Below, one piece after another: positions 1-9,257 of a stretch of 64,000 nucleotides of DNA. Where the stretch lies: positions 1,288 through 65,287 of the forward strand of contig CAZEII010000019.1 in assembly GCA_964511835.1 (NCBI GenBank), written 5' to 3'. The DNA comes from an uncultured Acidobacteriota bacterium. Its GTDB lineage: Bacteria; Acidobacteriota; Polarisedimenticolia; Polarisedimenticolales; DASRJG01. The position numbers and the translations under genes were made by a program. The notes beneath the pieces are model-generated. The model did no database searches, had not been told where the DNA came from, and saw nothing but the letters and a program-made list of their open reading frames with translations. How positions within the stretch are numbered: the stretch's first letter is position 1; each line of letters starts with the position of its first letter.

Positions 1-1223
1 GCCGGATTGCCGCCGAGGATCACGAGCGTCGAGACGCTTCCCCCTTTCATCGCGGCGACCAGCTCCGAGAGCGAGCGCCGGGAGGGGAGCGCGGCGTCCG
101 TCGCCTCATGGTAGGTCACCGTCGAACCGACGTTTCCCAGCGCGTTGTTCAAGGCGTGGACCTGAGCGTGTACGGACGCCGGCTGCCCGGCCCCCGCGAC
201 GATCAGCGAGCGGCCGCGCGAATCTTTGAGGTCCCTGCACAGGGCGTCGAGCCACTTGAGATCGAGGCCAGGAACATCCGGGGCGGCGCCCTGGCCGGAG
301 ACGCGGCTCAGCAGCGCCGCGACGAGGACCGGAATCTTGGCGCTCGCCCAACGGGCTCGATGGTCCGCCATCCCGCCCGTCAGCGAGAACCCCGCTTCGA
401 CCGACCAGAGGCGGCTCATCGATCCGCCGTCGATCGCCGCGCGGCGGCCGGCGGCGAAGCCGGCGATGTGGCGGACGTCTTCGGGATCGGATCCCAACGG
501 ATCGGCATCGAGCGCCAGGATCACCGACGCGCGATCGAGGTGCAGCACCGGTTGAACCGGCTTTCCCGATGCCGACTTGAACGCGGCGAGCACGTTTTCG
601 TCGGACACCGGCTCGTGGACGGCGACTCGCGCCTTCGGGAAACGCGAGCGAAACGCCTCGAGCAGGCGCGCGCGCGTCGGCGAGGCGAACGACGGCGTCA
701 GCAGCGCCAGAGACGCGCCGCCGTCTTCGAGGTGCTTCTTCTCCAGCTCGCCCCACGCCGCGACGAAATCCGCCCACGATGCAGGCTTCCCTTCGTGGAG
801 TGGGTTCTGCGAACGGTCTGGATCGTAGAGACCCAGGATCGCCCCCTGGATGCGCACGCTCGACCGCCCCGCCGTCGTCGGGTGCAGCTCGTTGCCTTCG
901 ATCTTCGTCGGCCGGCCTTCGTGGCTCTCGACGACGAGCCCGTACGCGCTCCGGCCGAATGGCATCGTCGTCGCGTAGCGGCGGGGGACGCCGGGGATGA
1001 TCTCTTCAGGGGCATTGACGTACGGGACGATCCGTTCCACCGGGCGTCGGCAGGAGGCGAGCCCGGCGAGCGAGAGCGACGCTCCGAGCAGCATCAGCAT
1101 CTCGCGCCGCGTCACCCCCTCCGGCGGCTCCGACGCGCCATCGGGAAACTCCCGCTCCTGACTTTGCCGGAACGTATCCGATCCCTCGAGCTCGCCGAGC
1201 GAGCGCCAGTAGATCTCGTTCAT
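1..1223 (-). CDS. actB: Alternative complex III ActB-like subunit (molybdopterin-oxidoreductase family, Tat-exported); N-terminal part only, gene continues past window start
   Basis: The ORF is open at the window edge, so it is absent from the ORF track. My reverse translation from ATG 1223..1221 reads MNEIYWRSLGELEGSDTFRQSQEREFPDGASEPPEGVTRREMLMLLGASLSLAGLASC..., which carries a twin-arginine signal (TRREML). The start overlaps the actA stop in an ATGA arrangement. Confidence 0.8.
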   Translation of the reverse strand, partial: MNEIYWRSLGELEGSDTFRQSQEREFPDGASEPPEGVTRREMLMLLGASLSLAGLASCRRPVERIVPYVNAPEEIIPGVPRRYATTMPFGRSAYGLVVESHEGRPTKIEGNELHPTTAGRSSVRIQGAILGLYDPDRSQNPLHEGKPASWADFVAAWGELEKKHLEDGGASLALLTPSFASPTRARLLEAFRSRFPKARVAVHEPVSDENVLAAFKSASGKPVQPVLHLDRASVILALDADPLGSDPEDVRHIAGFAAGRRAAIDGGSMSRLWSVEAGFSLTGGMADHRARWASAKIPVLVAALLSRVSGQGAAPDVPGLDLKWLDALCRDLKDSRGRSLIVAGAGQPASVHAQVHALNNALGNVGSTVTYHEATDAALPSRRSLSELVAAMKGGSVSTLVILGGNP

Positions 1224-1867
1224 CGGTGGCAGCCCGAGCAGGTGACGGGGGGATGGACGGGATGCTCGCTCGCGAGCTGGGCCGTCATGGCGGCAGCGTC
1301 CTTCGGCGGCGTCCACTTCATGTTGGTGACTTCCGAGACCGGACGGCGATTGGGATCGGGATTCCGGTGGCAGTCGAGGCACCAGCTCATCGACAGCGGC
1401 TGCATCTGCGTGACGACCTCCATCGTGTCGATGCGGCCGTGGCAAGTCACGCAGCCGATCCCCGCCGCGACGTGAGCGCGGTGCGTGAAGTAGGCGTAGT
1501 CCGGCAGCTTGTGGACGCGAATCCATCGCATCGGCCGCCCGCTCGCCGCGCTCTCGCGGATCGGCGCGAGGAGCTCGCTGTCGCGCTTCACCAGCTTGTG
1601 GCAGTTCATGCACGCCTGCGTCGGCGGGATGTTGGCGACCGCCGAGACTTCGACCGAGGCGTGGCAGTAGCGGCAATCGAGCCCCATCTCGCCGGCATGG
1701 AGCCTGTGGCTGTAGGGAACCGGCTGGATCGGGCGGTAACCGACGTCGGTGAACTTCGGCGAGCCGTAATACCAGATGCCCGCGATCGCGGCGACGGGGG
1801 CCGCGAGCCCCAAGACGGCGGCGATGAGCGGCAGCTTGTTCAACCAGCGTGGAAAAGGTTGCGGCAA
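1220..1867 (-). CDS. actA: Alternative complex III pentaheme cytochrome c subunit ActA
   Basis: 215-aa ORF with an N-terminal membrane anchor and five CxxCH motifs (CRYCH, CMNCH, CVTCH, CLDCH, CSGCH). It sits immediately upstream of actB with a 4-nt overlap. The start is TTG, preceded by GAGGG. Confidence 0.85.
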   Translation of the reverse strand: MPQPFPRWLNKLPLIAAVLGLAAPVAAIAGIWYYGSPKFTDVGYRPIQPVPYSHRLHAGEMGLDCRYCHASVEVSAVANIPPTQACMNCHKLVKRDSELLAPIRESAASGRPMRWIRVHKLPDYAYFTHRAHVAAGIGCVTCHGRIDTMEVVTQMQPLSMSWCLDCHRNPDPNRRPVSEVTNMKWTPPKDAAAMTAQLASEHPVHPPVTCSGCHR

Positions 1868-1972
1868 GAGCGATTACCCTCGCTGGTCGTAGCCGGAAAC
1901 GGTTCTCATCGTCGGTCGCCGGAGTCTAATTGGGGCGCGCGAGGAGGGTCAAGACTCAAAAATATCAGCATG

Positions 1973-1978
1973 TATAAT
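1973..1978 (+). promoter_or_regulatory. Candidate -10 box (TATAAT) in an unusually AT-rich stretch directly upstream of the DoxX gene
   Basis: The sequence aagactcaaaaatatcagcatgTATAATccggcgccATG places a consensus TATAAT only 8 nt before ATG 1987. The -35 candidate (TCAAGA) is weak. Confidence 0.3.
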
Positions 1979-1986
1979 CCGGCGCC

Positions 1987-2430
1987 ATGGCAGGACTGTC
2001 CGAGACCTTCAAGAAGGTCGAAGCGAACAAGGATCTCTGCTTCGACCTTCTGAGGATCTACCTCGGCGTCGGCCTGTTCGTGAAAGGCATACTCTTTCTC
2101 ACGGACATGACCTCCTTGAGCGACCTTTTGATGCAGTCCGGGAGGTTTCAGCCGCTGTCCTTCCTCCTGACCCACTACATCCCGCTGGCGCACGTCGGCG
2201 GCGGGTTCATGATGGCGATCGGACTCTGGACTCGGACGGCGATTCTCGCCAACATTCCAGTCCTTTTCGGCGCCGTCTTCTTCGTCTACTTCGAGAAGGG
2301 ATTGTTCACCCAGAACCAGGGGCTGGAGTTCACCGCGCTCGTCTTCTTCCTGCTGATCGTTCTCCTGATCTGGGGCCCGGGGCGATGGTCGGTGGACAAC
2401 TACTTGAAGAAGGCGGGGCCTCCCGAATAG
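1987..2430 (+). CDS. DoxX family membrane protein
   Basis: 147-aa ORF with four hydrophobic helices and a DoxX-like sequence (LLRIYLGVGLFVKG..., ...LIWGPGRWSVD). Confidence 0.75.
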   Translation: MAGLSETFKKVEANKDLCFDLLRIYLGVGLFVKGILFLTDMTSLSDLLMQSGRFQPLSFLLTHYIPLAHVGGGFMMAIGLWTRTAILANIPVLFGAVFFVYFEKGLFTQNQGLEFTALVFFLLIVLLIWGPGRWSVDNYLKKAGPPE

Positions 2431-2442
2431 CGAAGCACGCCC

Positions 2443-2700
2443 TTGATCCCCACCGACGAGCAATTCGCCCGCCGATCGATCCGCCGCCAGCGCCTCTTTC
2501 TCGGACTCTCGGTCGCGGGGCTTTCGATCGCGGCTGCGCTGACGGTCCTTTACACGGTCCTCCGCTGGCGGAACCCTGATTTCCCGATCGTCCCCCGCGC
2601 CGTGATCATTCTCCTCGTCCTCTTGAACGCGCGCCAGAACCTGAGGCAGTACAAGTACGCGCGCATCCTCGCGGAGCTGATGCCGCCGGAATCGCGGTGA
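2443..2700 (+). CDS. Small two-helix membrane protein, hypothetical
   Basis: 85-aa ORF with two hydrophobic segments and GC-rich third codon positions. Its stop overlaps the GTG start of the SCO gene (GTGA). It starts at TTG. Confidence 0.45.
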   Translation: MIPTDEQFARRSIRRQRLFLGLSVAGLSIAAALTVLYTVLRWRNPDFPIVPRAVIILLVLLNARQNLRQYKYARILAELMPPESR

Positions 2701-3338
2701 GCGCGCGCGCCGTCCTCCGCAACCCCTACGTCTGGGGGTTCGTCATCGGCATCGTCACGCTGACCGCGATCCGGCCGCTCCTGAGGCGCATCCCCGAGCC
2801 GCCACCCGTGCTCTCCCAGCTCCCGGAGTACTCGCTCGTCGGGATGGACGGGCAGCCTTTCGGAAGCAAGGAGCTACGCGGCCAGGTCTACGTCGCGAGC
2901 TTCTTCTTCACGAGCTGCCGGTCGATCTGCCCGGCGATCATGAGCGGGATGAGCCGGCTGCAAGATGGGTTCGCGCGGAAGGAGATCAAGGAGATCCGCC
3001 TCGTGTCGATCTCCGTCGATCCGGAGCACGACACGCCAACGGTGCTGCGCGAATACGCCACGGGCATCAAGGTCGATCCCGCGCGCTGGACGCTCTTGAC
3101 GGGCGACCCCGACCAGGTCCGGCGCCTCGTCGTCGATGGGTTCAAGACACCGCTGGCTCGTCCTCCGGAAGGCGGGCCGACGCCGATGGACATCGCGCAC
3201 ACGGGAAAGCTGGTGCTCGTCGATGGCGAGGGGCGGATCCGTGGGTACTACGACTCGGACGAGATGGGCCTCGACGAGGTCTTCAACCGGGCACAGCACG
3301 TGCTGCGCGAGCAGCAACGGACCGAGCGCCCGGGGTAA
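2697..3338 (+). CDS. SCO1/SenC family copper chaperone (thioredoxin fold)
   Basis: 213-aa ORF with an N-terminal TM helix, the CxxxC motif (FFFTSCRSICP) and a downstream VDPEHDTP segment typical of SCO proteins. Confidence 0.85.
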   Translation: MSARAVLRNPYVWGFVIGIVTLTAIRPLLRRIPEPPPVLSQLPEYSLVGMDGQPFGSKELRGQVYVASFFFTSCRSICPAIMSGMSRLQDGFARKEIKEIRLVSISVDPEHDTPTVLREYATGIKVDPARWTLLTGDPDQVRRLVVDGFKTPLARPPEGGPTPMDIAHTGKLVLVDGEGRIRGYYDSDEMGLDEVFNRAQHVLREQQRTERPG

Positions 3339-3363
3339 AGTAGCCCCCTTTCCAGGGAGAGGA

Positions 3364-4407
3364 ATGTCCACGAAGGACCGCGTCGGTCTTCTTCTGATCA
3401 ATCTCGGCACGCCCGAGAGCGCGAAGCCCTCCGACGTGCGCACCTACCTGCGCGAGTTCCTCTCCGACCCCCGCGTCATCGATATCGGCGGCTTCCGGCG
3501 CTGGCTCTTGCTCAATCTCGTCATCCTGCCTTTCCGCCCCCGGCGGTCCGCGGAAGCCTACGAAAAGATCTGGACCGAGCGGGGCTCGCCGCTGCTCTTC
3601 CACGGGCGGGACCTCGCCGCCAAGGTTCAGGCGCGATGCGGCGACGGCATCGTCGTCGAACTCGCCATGCGCTACGGCAACCCATCGATCGAGGAGGTCC
3701 TTCTCCGCTTCAAGAAGCGGGGGGTCGATCGCATCGTCGTCTTCCCGCTCTACCCGCAGTACAGCTCGGCGGCGACAGGATCGTCCATCGAGAAAGTGTG
3801 GGAGGTTTCCTCACGAGCGTGGAATACCCCGTACATCCAGATTGTGCCGCCGTTCTACGAACATCCGGCTTTCATCTCCGCTTGCGTCGGCGTCGCCCGC
3901 CCGATCCTCGATGCGGCGCCGTGGGAAAAAGTGCTCTTCAGCTTTCACGGCCTCCCCGAGCGGCACTGCCTCAAGAGCGACGAGACCGGAGCGCATTGCT
4001 TGAAGAGCCAAGGATGTTGCGACCGGATCGTCGAGGCCAATCGCAACTGCTACCGCGCGCAATGCTTCGCGACCGCGAGGGCCCTGGCCGCAGGCTTGGG
4101 CGTTCCCGCGGACCGCAGCGTCGTCTGCTTCCAGTCGAGGCTCGGACGGACCCCTTGGATCCGCCCGTACACCGACGAGATCGTGGTCGAGTTGCCCAGG
4201 CAAGGGATCAAGCGCGCGATCATCCTGAGCTCGGCGTTCGTCGCCGACTGCCTCGAGACGCTCGAAGAGCTCGGAATTCGCGCGGTCGAGAGCTTCAAGT
4301 CCGCAGGTGGGGAGTCGCTCTCGGTGGTGCCGTCGGTCAACTCGGAGGACGCGTGGGCGGACGGGGTCGTGGCGCTCGCTCGGGAGTCGTCGGCGTGGCT
4401 CCGCTAG
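3364..4407 (+). CDS. hemH: Ferrochelatase
   Basis: The true start is the internal ATG 3364 of track ORF 3136..4407. The sequence MSTKDRVGLLLINLGTPESAKPSDVRTYLREFLSDPRVIDI... and ...PLYPQYSSAATGSS are typical HemH motifs. Confidence 0.9.
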   Translation: MSTKDRVGLLLINLGTPESAKPSDVRTYLREFLSDPRVIDIGGFRRWLLLNLVILPFRPRRSAEAYEKIWTERGSPLLFHGRDLAAKVQARCGDGIVVELAMRYGNPSIEEVLLRFKKRGVDRIVVFPLYPQYSSAATGSSIEKVWEVSSRAWNTPYIQIVPPFYEHPAFISACVGVARPILDAAPWEKVLFSFHGLPERHCLKSDETGAHCLKSQGCCDRIVEANRNCYRAQCFATARALAAGLGVPADRSVVCFQSRLGRTPWIRPYTDEIVVELPRQGIKRAIILSSAFVADCLETLEELGIRAVESFKSAGGESLSVVPSVNSEDAWADGVVALARESSAWLR

Positions 4408-5876
4408 GATCGAACGAGTCCGTTTCGCTCGCCGTCGTCGGCGGCGGGATCAGCGGCCTCGCAGCGGCGCACCGCGCCGTCGAGATCGCCCGCGAGCGCG
4501 GACGGACGCCCTCCGTCGTGCTCTTCGAGGCCGACGATCGCTTGGGCGGACAGATTCGCACCGAGCGCCACGGCGAGCTCGTGCTCGAAGGTGGTCCCGA
4601 TGCGCTGGTCGCTCAGAAGCCCGCCGGCGTGGCGCTCTGCGAGAGAATCGGGCTCTCCGCCGAATTGAGGGCTCTCGCGGCACAGCACGCCGCGACGCAG
4701 ATCTACTCCCGCGGCAAGCTTCATCGCGTGCCGGAAGGATTCCTGATGATGGCTCCCACGCGGCTCGGGCCGGTCGTCCGCTCGAGCCTGTTCTCGTGGC
4801 GAGGAAAGCTCCGCATGGCGCTCGAGCCCTGGGTCGCCAAGCGCAGCGCATCCGTCGACGACGAGAGCCTCTCGTCGTTCGTGACCCGCCGCTTCGGCGC
4901 CGAGGTGCTGGAGCGCGTCTCCGAGCCGGTGATGGCCGGCTTGTTCACCGCGGACGCCGACCGCCTCAGCGTGCGCATGACGATGCCACGCTTCCTGGAC
5001 CTCGAGGCCGCCCACGGAAGCGTCACTCGCGGACTGCATCGCGCACTGGCGAGCTCCGAGCGGACGAGGCCGTTCGGCCATGGCACCGGAGCGTCGGGGT
5101 TCGTCGCCGTCGCTTCCGGACTCTCCCGCATCGTGGAGGCGATCGCCGTGCGGCTGCCGGCGGGAACCGCTCGCACAGGGGCGCGGGTCGTCACGGCGAC
5201 GCACGCCACCGAATCCGGCGAGTGGGCCCTCGGGCTATCGAGCGGCGCGACGATCCGGGCCGACGCTGTCCTTTTCGCCTGTCCGGCCGGCGCAGCCGCG
5301 ACGGCTTTGCGCTCGCTCGATCCGCGGCTCTCCGAGGCGCTCCTCGGGCTGCGCTACGCGTCGTGCGCGACGGTCAACATCGCCTACGCGCGCCGCGACG
5401 TCGGGGCGCGCCTCGAGGGGTTCGGCTTCTTCGTCCCGCGCACCGAATCTTTGCCGATTCTCGCGTGCAGCTACGTCACCGAGAAGTTCGAAGGGCGAGC
5501 CCCCCCGGACACGGCCGTGTTCCGGACGTTCATCGGCGGCGCGACGCGTCCCCGCGCGCTCGACGCCGCCGACGACGCGATGATCCGCGACACTCACGAG
5601 ACCCTCAAGCGGATCCTCGACATCAAGGGGGAGCCTCTGTTCGCGCGCGCGCACCGCTCACGGGACGCGATGCCGCAGTTCGACGTCGGAGCGCGGGAGT
5701 CGATCGACGCCATCCAGGAGAGAGCACGCGCTCATCGCGGGCTCTACCTCGCCGGGAGCGTGGCGGGAGCATTCGGCTTGCCCGACTGCATCCGCTCGGG
5801 CGAGGACGCGGCGGCCGCGGCGATCGCTCCGGGATCGTCCGCGTGGGTCGCGTACCACGCGAACCAGAACGCATAA
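4395..5876 (+). CDS. hemY: HemY-type protoporphyrinogen/coproporphyrinogen oxidase (FAD)
   Basis: It lies within the over-extended track ORF 3636..5876. It has an FAD fold (LAVVGGGISGLAAAH) and a C-terminal YLAGSVAGAFGLPDCIRSG segment. The first plausible start is GTG 4395, overlapping the hemH end, but the exact start is uncertain. Confidence 0.8.
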   Translation: MAPLGSNESVSLAVVGGGISGLAAAHRAVEIARERGRTPSVVLFEADDRLGGQIRTERHGELVLEGGPDALVAQKPAGVALCERIGLSAELRALAAQHAATQIYSRGKLHRVPEGFLMMAPTRLGPVVRSSLFSWRGKLRMALEPWVAKRSASVDDESLSSFVTRRFGAEVLERVSEPVMAGLFTADADRLSVRMTMPRFLDLEAAHGSVTRGLHRALASSERTRPFGHGTGASGFVAVASGLSRIVEAIAVRLPAGTARTGARVVTATHATESGEWALGLSSGATIRADAVLFACPAGAAATALRSLDPRLSEALLGLRYASCATVNIAYARRDVGARLEGFGFFVPRTESLPILACSYVTEKFEGRAPPDTAVFRTFIGGATRPRALDAADDAMIRDTHETLKRILDIKGEPLFARAHRSRDAMPQFDVGARESIDAIQERARAHRGLYLAGSVAGAFGLPDCIRSGEDAAAAAIAPGSSAWVAYHANQNA

Positions 5877-6799
5877 ACCCCCACGATCGGCGTCGCTCCC
5901 GCCGGGCCCACCACCTCGAATCGACTCTCCCCGGGCGACGGGAACAGGGGCGTGACGGTCCACGCGCCCGGCCTCCCCACGACGTGCACGGGACATTTCC
6001 TCGCGAGAGTCCCCTCCGGAGGAAGCGGGTCGACGGGAAAGCGAAGCTCCTCGGAGTTGAGGTACGAGCCGTAGACATCCTCCGCGTACTGGGCGCTCTC
6101 GCCGGGAACCGGCGCCAAGATCGACGTGTCCGGATGCTCCCGCAGCCAATCCGACCACCGTGCGAGAGCGAATGGCAAGGGGACGAGTGTCCGCTTCGCC
6201 CGTGCCGCGGGGCCGGCGACCGCGCGCGCCTGGAGCTGGCTCCAGAGGCTTTCCGCAACACGGTCCGGGCGCCGGTCGTACATCAGCAAGTTCGACTGAA
6301 AGAGGAGCCCGCTGACGCCGAAGGTCAGCGTATCGCCGGCGATGCGGCGGTCGAAGACGGCGATCCCTCCCGAGAGCGGGCTGTAGGTCACGGCGATCGG
6401 CGATCCCGCGATCGTGTCGTCGATCACCTCGTGCCAGACCAGAACGCGGAGCGGGTAGGCGCGCGCGCGGTCTTCGACGACGACGCCGACGATCTTGTCG
6501 GAGGAAACGAGAAAGCGGCCGCGGCCCGACGATTCGTGCTCCGGTAGTTCGGCGGGATGGATCGTCTTCGGCTCGATCAGCGGCGCCAGACCGTCGGTGA
6601 CCATCCCGGCGGATACGATCTTCTCGCGAGCGACCAGCGTCGTGGAGAGATCGAAGCCGTAGCTGTCCGCCGTGCGCCCATCGCCGCGGGGACGCGGGCG
6701 CTTCGCATCGAAGAGCGGCGCCAGGTTCCAAAGCGTGCCCGCCACGGTGAGCACCAGCGCGGCGAGCAGCACCCATCCGCCGCTGCGCAGCGAGAACAT
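5744..6799 (-). CDS. DUF3179 domain protein
   Basis: Track ORF 5744..6916. The likely start is the internal Met (MFSLRSGGWVLLAALVL, a TM/signal segment) at 6799. The DUF3179-like core reads ARAYPLRVLVWHEVIDDTIAGSPIAVTYSPLSGGIAVFDR...FGVSGLLFQSNLLMYDR...SLWSQ. The 3' end overlaps the hemY 3' end. Confidence 0.75.
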   Translation of the reverse strand: MFSLRSGGWVLLAALVLTVAGTLWNLAPLFDAKRPRPRGDGRTADSYGFDLSTTLVAREKIVSAGMVTDGLAPLIEPKTIHPAELPEHESSGRGRFLVSSDKIVGVVVEDRARAYPLRVLVWHEVIDDTIAGSPIAVTYSPLSGGIAVFDRRIAGDTLTFGVSGLLFQSNLLMYDRRPDRVAESLWSQLQARAVAGPAARAKRTLVPLPFALARWSDWLREHPDTSILAPVPGESAQYAEDVYGSYLNSEELRFPVDPLPPEGTLARKCPVHVVGRPGAWTVTPLFPSPGESRFEVVGPAGATPIVGVYAFWFAWYATHADDPGAIAAAAASSPERMQSGKPNAPATLPAR

Positions 6800-6851
6800 C
6801 CTTTCGGAGCGGCCGGAACCCATCGATCGGTCACGATACAATCCGCCGCCC

Positions 6852-8126
6852 ATGCACGCGACGTCCACCGGCAAGGCCCGCGCGGCAGGCGATATCCTGG
6901 CGATCGGCTTCGGCACTGCGGTCGCGATGTGGGCCGCGGGCTACGTCGCGCGACTCCCCGTCGTTCTCGCCCCGCCGGCCGTCGTGCTGGCGCTCCTTCT
7001 CGCCGCGCTCGTCGGGGGAGGTTACATCGCGGGACGACGCGGAGCGCGCGGCATTCGTCTGGGCGCCTACGCCGGAGCGCTCACCGGCCTGCTCAACCTC
7101 CTGGTGCTCGGCAGCTTCCTTTCCACGCGCGACCAGACGAACGTTCTCGTTCCCAGCGCGGCGTTCTGGGCGCCCGGCTCGATCGCATTCTCCTCGCTTC
7201 TCGGCGCGGCCGGCGCCTGGTGGGGGGGCCGGCGCGCGACGTCCACTCGCGAGCCGGCCGAGTGGACGGCGGCGCTGGCGCGCGTCGCCGTCGCGGCGAC
7301 CTTTCTCCTCCTCGTCGCGGGCGGGCTCGTCACGGGGCATCACGCCGGGCTCGCGGTCGTCGATTGGCCCAACTCGTACGGGTACAACATGTTCCTGTAC
7401 CCATTCGCCCGCATGACCGGCGGGATCTACTACGAGCACGCCCATCGCCTGCTCGGAGCGCTGGTCGGCCTGACGACGATGACCCTGGCGATCCACTTGG
7501 CGCTCGTCGAGAGCCGGGCTTGGGTGAAGCGACTGGGGTTCGGGGCCGTCGTCCTCGTTCTCGCCCAGGGGATTCTCGGAGGGCTTCGCGTCACCGAGAA
7601 GAACGTGTACCTGGCCGTCGTGCACGGGGTGACGGCGCAGCTCTTCTTCTCGCTGCTCGTCGCGCTTGCGGTCGTCACCGGGACGAGCTTCACGAGCGAA
7701 ACCGCGCCGGCCGCCTCGGCCACCGTGCGCTCCGACCGGCGCCTCGCCACGATCGCCGTGGTCGCGCTCGTCATCCAGATCGTCTTCGGCGCGATCCAAC
7801 GCCACCTGGCGCTCGGGCTGACGCTCCACGTCGTGTCGGCGTTCATCGTGGCGTCCTTGACCATCGCCGCCGGGGTGCGCGCCTGGGGGCTGTACCCGAA
7901 CGATCCGATCCTGAAGCGCGCCGGCCTCGCCGTCGTCCACGCGACGGGAACTCAGCTCGCGCTGGGTCTTGCGGCTTGGATCGCCCGCGGTGCATGGACG
8001 AGCGGGGCGCTGTCCGAAGAATGGAAAGTGGTCGTGACGACGCTGCATCAGGGGGTCGGGGCCGTTCTCCTCGCGGCAGCCGTCGCTCTAAGACTTTGGC
8101 TTTCCCGCCGGCTCGCTCCCGCGTGA
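6852..8126 (+). CDS. ctaA: COX15/CtaA family heme A synthase
   Basis: The start is the internal ATG 6852 of track ORF 6672..8126. It is a polytopic membrane protein with His-containing helices (YYEHAHRLLGALVG, VVHGVTAQLFFS, LHVVSAF, LHQGVGAVLL). Confidence 0.85.
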   Translation: MHATSTGKARAAGDILAIGFGTAVAMWAAGYVARLPVVLAPPAVVLALLLAALVGGGYIAGRRGARGIRLGAYAGALTGLLNLLVLGSFLSTRDQTNVLVPSAAFWAPGSIAFSSLLGAAGAWWGGRRATSTREPAEWTAALARVAVAATFLLLVAGGLVTGHHAGLAVVDWPNSYGYNMFLYPFARMTGGIYYEHAHRLLGALVGLTTMTLAIHLALVESRAWVKRLGFGAVVLVLAQGILGGLRVTEKNVYLAVVHGVTAQLFFSLLVALAVVTGTSFTSETAPAASATVRSDRRLATIAVVALVIQIVFGAIQRHLALGLTLHVVSAFIVASLTIAAGVRAWGLYPNDPILKRAGLAVVHATGTQLALGLAAWIARGAWTSGALSEEWKVVVTTLHQGVGAVLLAAAVALRLWLSRRLAPA

Positions 8127-9251
8127 CTCCTTCGCGAGCTGGGGGCAGCCCAGCTCGTGATACGCCTGGCCGAGCAGCTGCTTCGCCCCGGCATTCTTGG
8201 GATTCGCCTGGATCGCCCGGTCCAGCACCGGGATCGCAAAGACGAACTGCTGATTCGTCATGAGCTTGCGCGCAAGCGCCATCGCGGTCTCGGACGCGGG
8301 ACCGGCGGCTCCGGCACGGACGAACTCGCCGGCGGTGTCGACGATGGCGGCATCGGACGTGGCCGTCGCCGTCGCGAGCTGGCGCATGAGAGATCCACCC
8401 GCCTTCGGATCGAGGCCGTACGCCGCGGCGTACGAAGCGAATTGGTCGGCCGCACCCCGGCTCAGGCGGAACGCCGCGTCGAAGGCCGTCTGTGCCCGCT
8501 TGTAGTCCCGCAGGAGCATCGCGCCGATCGCCTTGGTGCGCGCGTAGCCGGCCTCCGTCGGCGCCAGCCTTGTCACGCGATCGAAGGCCGCGTAGGCCTC
8601 GGATTTCTTCCCCAGCCGGGTCAAGACGTTGGCGTAGTCGACGAGAATCGTCGCATTGTCCGGAAATGCCGCCACGACCGGCGCCAGGAGCGCAGCGCCC
8701 CCCTCCGCGTCGCCGCGCTTGGCGCGCTCCGCGCCGTAGGCGGTCATCGTCTTGGCTGTGGCCTGCGTCTTCGGAAGCGCCGCAAGGGCGTTGACGATCG
8801 CTCCCTTCGCCCGCTCTATCCGCGCGGAATCGGTCAAGAGAAAGCACTGGAACACGCGCAGGTCCTCGCGGGCAGGCGCGCGCTTTATCGCGAAATCGAG
8901 ATGCTGGAGCGCTTCGTCGAGAAGACTCGAGTCGTAGTCGACGTCGACAGGCCCGCCGCCCAGATCGACCCCCTTCACCGTCGTCCCGCCCCGCGCGATG
9001 TCGTCGCTCGTCATGTTGAGGTTGACGACCTTCTTCAGGCGACGCCCCTTGGCGGCCAGCGCGCGCGCCAGCGCCAGACGGACCTCCAAGTCTTCCGGGC
9101 GCGCGGCAACGGCAGCGCGCCCCTTATCGATCGCCTCCCCGGCTTTGCCGTCCTGAACGAGCTTCTCGATCTCCGGCGCCGTGGCGACGGCGGACGCCGG
9201 TGACGCGGGGATCGCCGCGAGGGCGATCGCAAGAGCCAGGACAACGCTCAT
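8088..9251 (-). CDS. Secreted helical-repeat (TPR-like) protein, hypothetical
   Basis: 387-aa ORF with a signal peptide (MSVVLALAIALAAIPASPASA) and an Ala/Leu-rich helical-repeat composition. It is the last gene of the sulfatase-TPR operon. Confidence 0.55.
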   Translation of the reverse strand: MSVVLALAIALAAIPASPASAVATAPEIEKLVQDGKAGEAIDKGRAAVAARPEDLEVRLALARALAAKGRRLKKVVNLNMTSDDIARGGTTVKGVDLGGGPVDVDYDSSLLDEALQHLDFAIKRAPAREDLRVFQCFLLTDSARIERAKGAIVNALAALPKTQATAKTMTAYGAERAKRGDAEGGAALLAPVVAAFPDNATILVDYANVLTRLGKKSEAYAAFDRVTRLAPTEAGYARTKAIGAMLLRDYKRAQTAFDAAFRLSRGAADQFASYAAAYGLDPKAGGSLMRQLATATATSDAAIVDTAGEFVRAGAAGPASETAMALARKLMTNQQFVFAIPVLDRAIQANPKNAGAKQLLGQAYHELGCPQLAKESRGSEPAGKPKS

Positions 9252-9257
9252 CCCGGC

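Noticed and set aside
108-1475. Long plus-strand ORF (455 aa) and many similar ones (e.g. 4307..6547, 5658..6776, 9400..11601, 26530..27945, 41306..42628, 54960..57635) with Arg/Gly/Pro/Ala-rich, low-complexity translations
   Set aside because: They lie antisense or out of frame to genes with clear family motifs. Their composition is what stop-codon-poor GC-rich DNA produces by chance, and none shows a recognisable motif.
3136-4407. N-terminally extended versions of hemH (3136), hemY (3636), ctaA (6672), boxR (62777) and others given by the longest-ORF track
   Set aside because: The extensions overlap upstream genes, are Arg-rich and low-complexity, and the conserved family N-termini begin at internal start codons with better context.
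5744-5876. 133-nt convergent overlap between the 3' ends of hemY and the DUF3179 gene
   Set aside because: Both proteins' conserved cores end before the overlap. The tails (..APGSSAWVAYHANQNA and ..AAAASSPERMQSGKPNAPATLPAR) look like run-on to the next chance stop codon in GC-rich DNA rather than a functional overlap.
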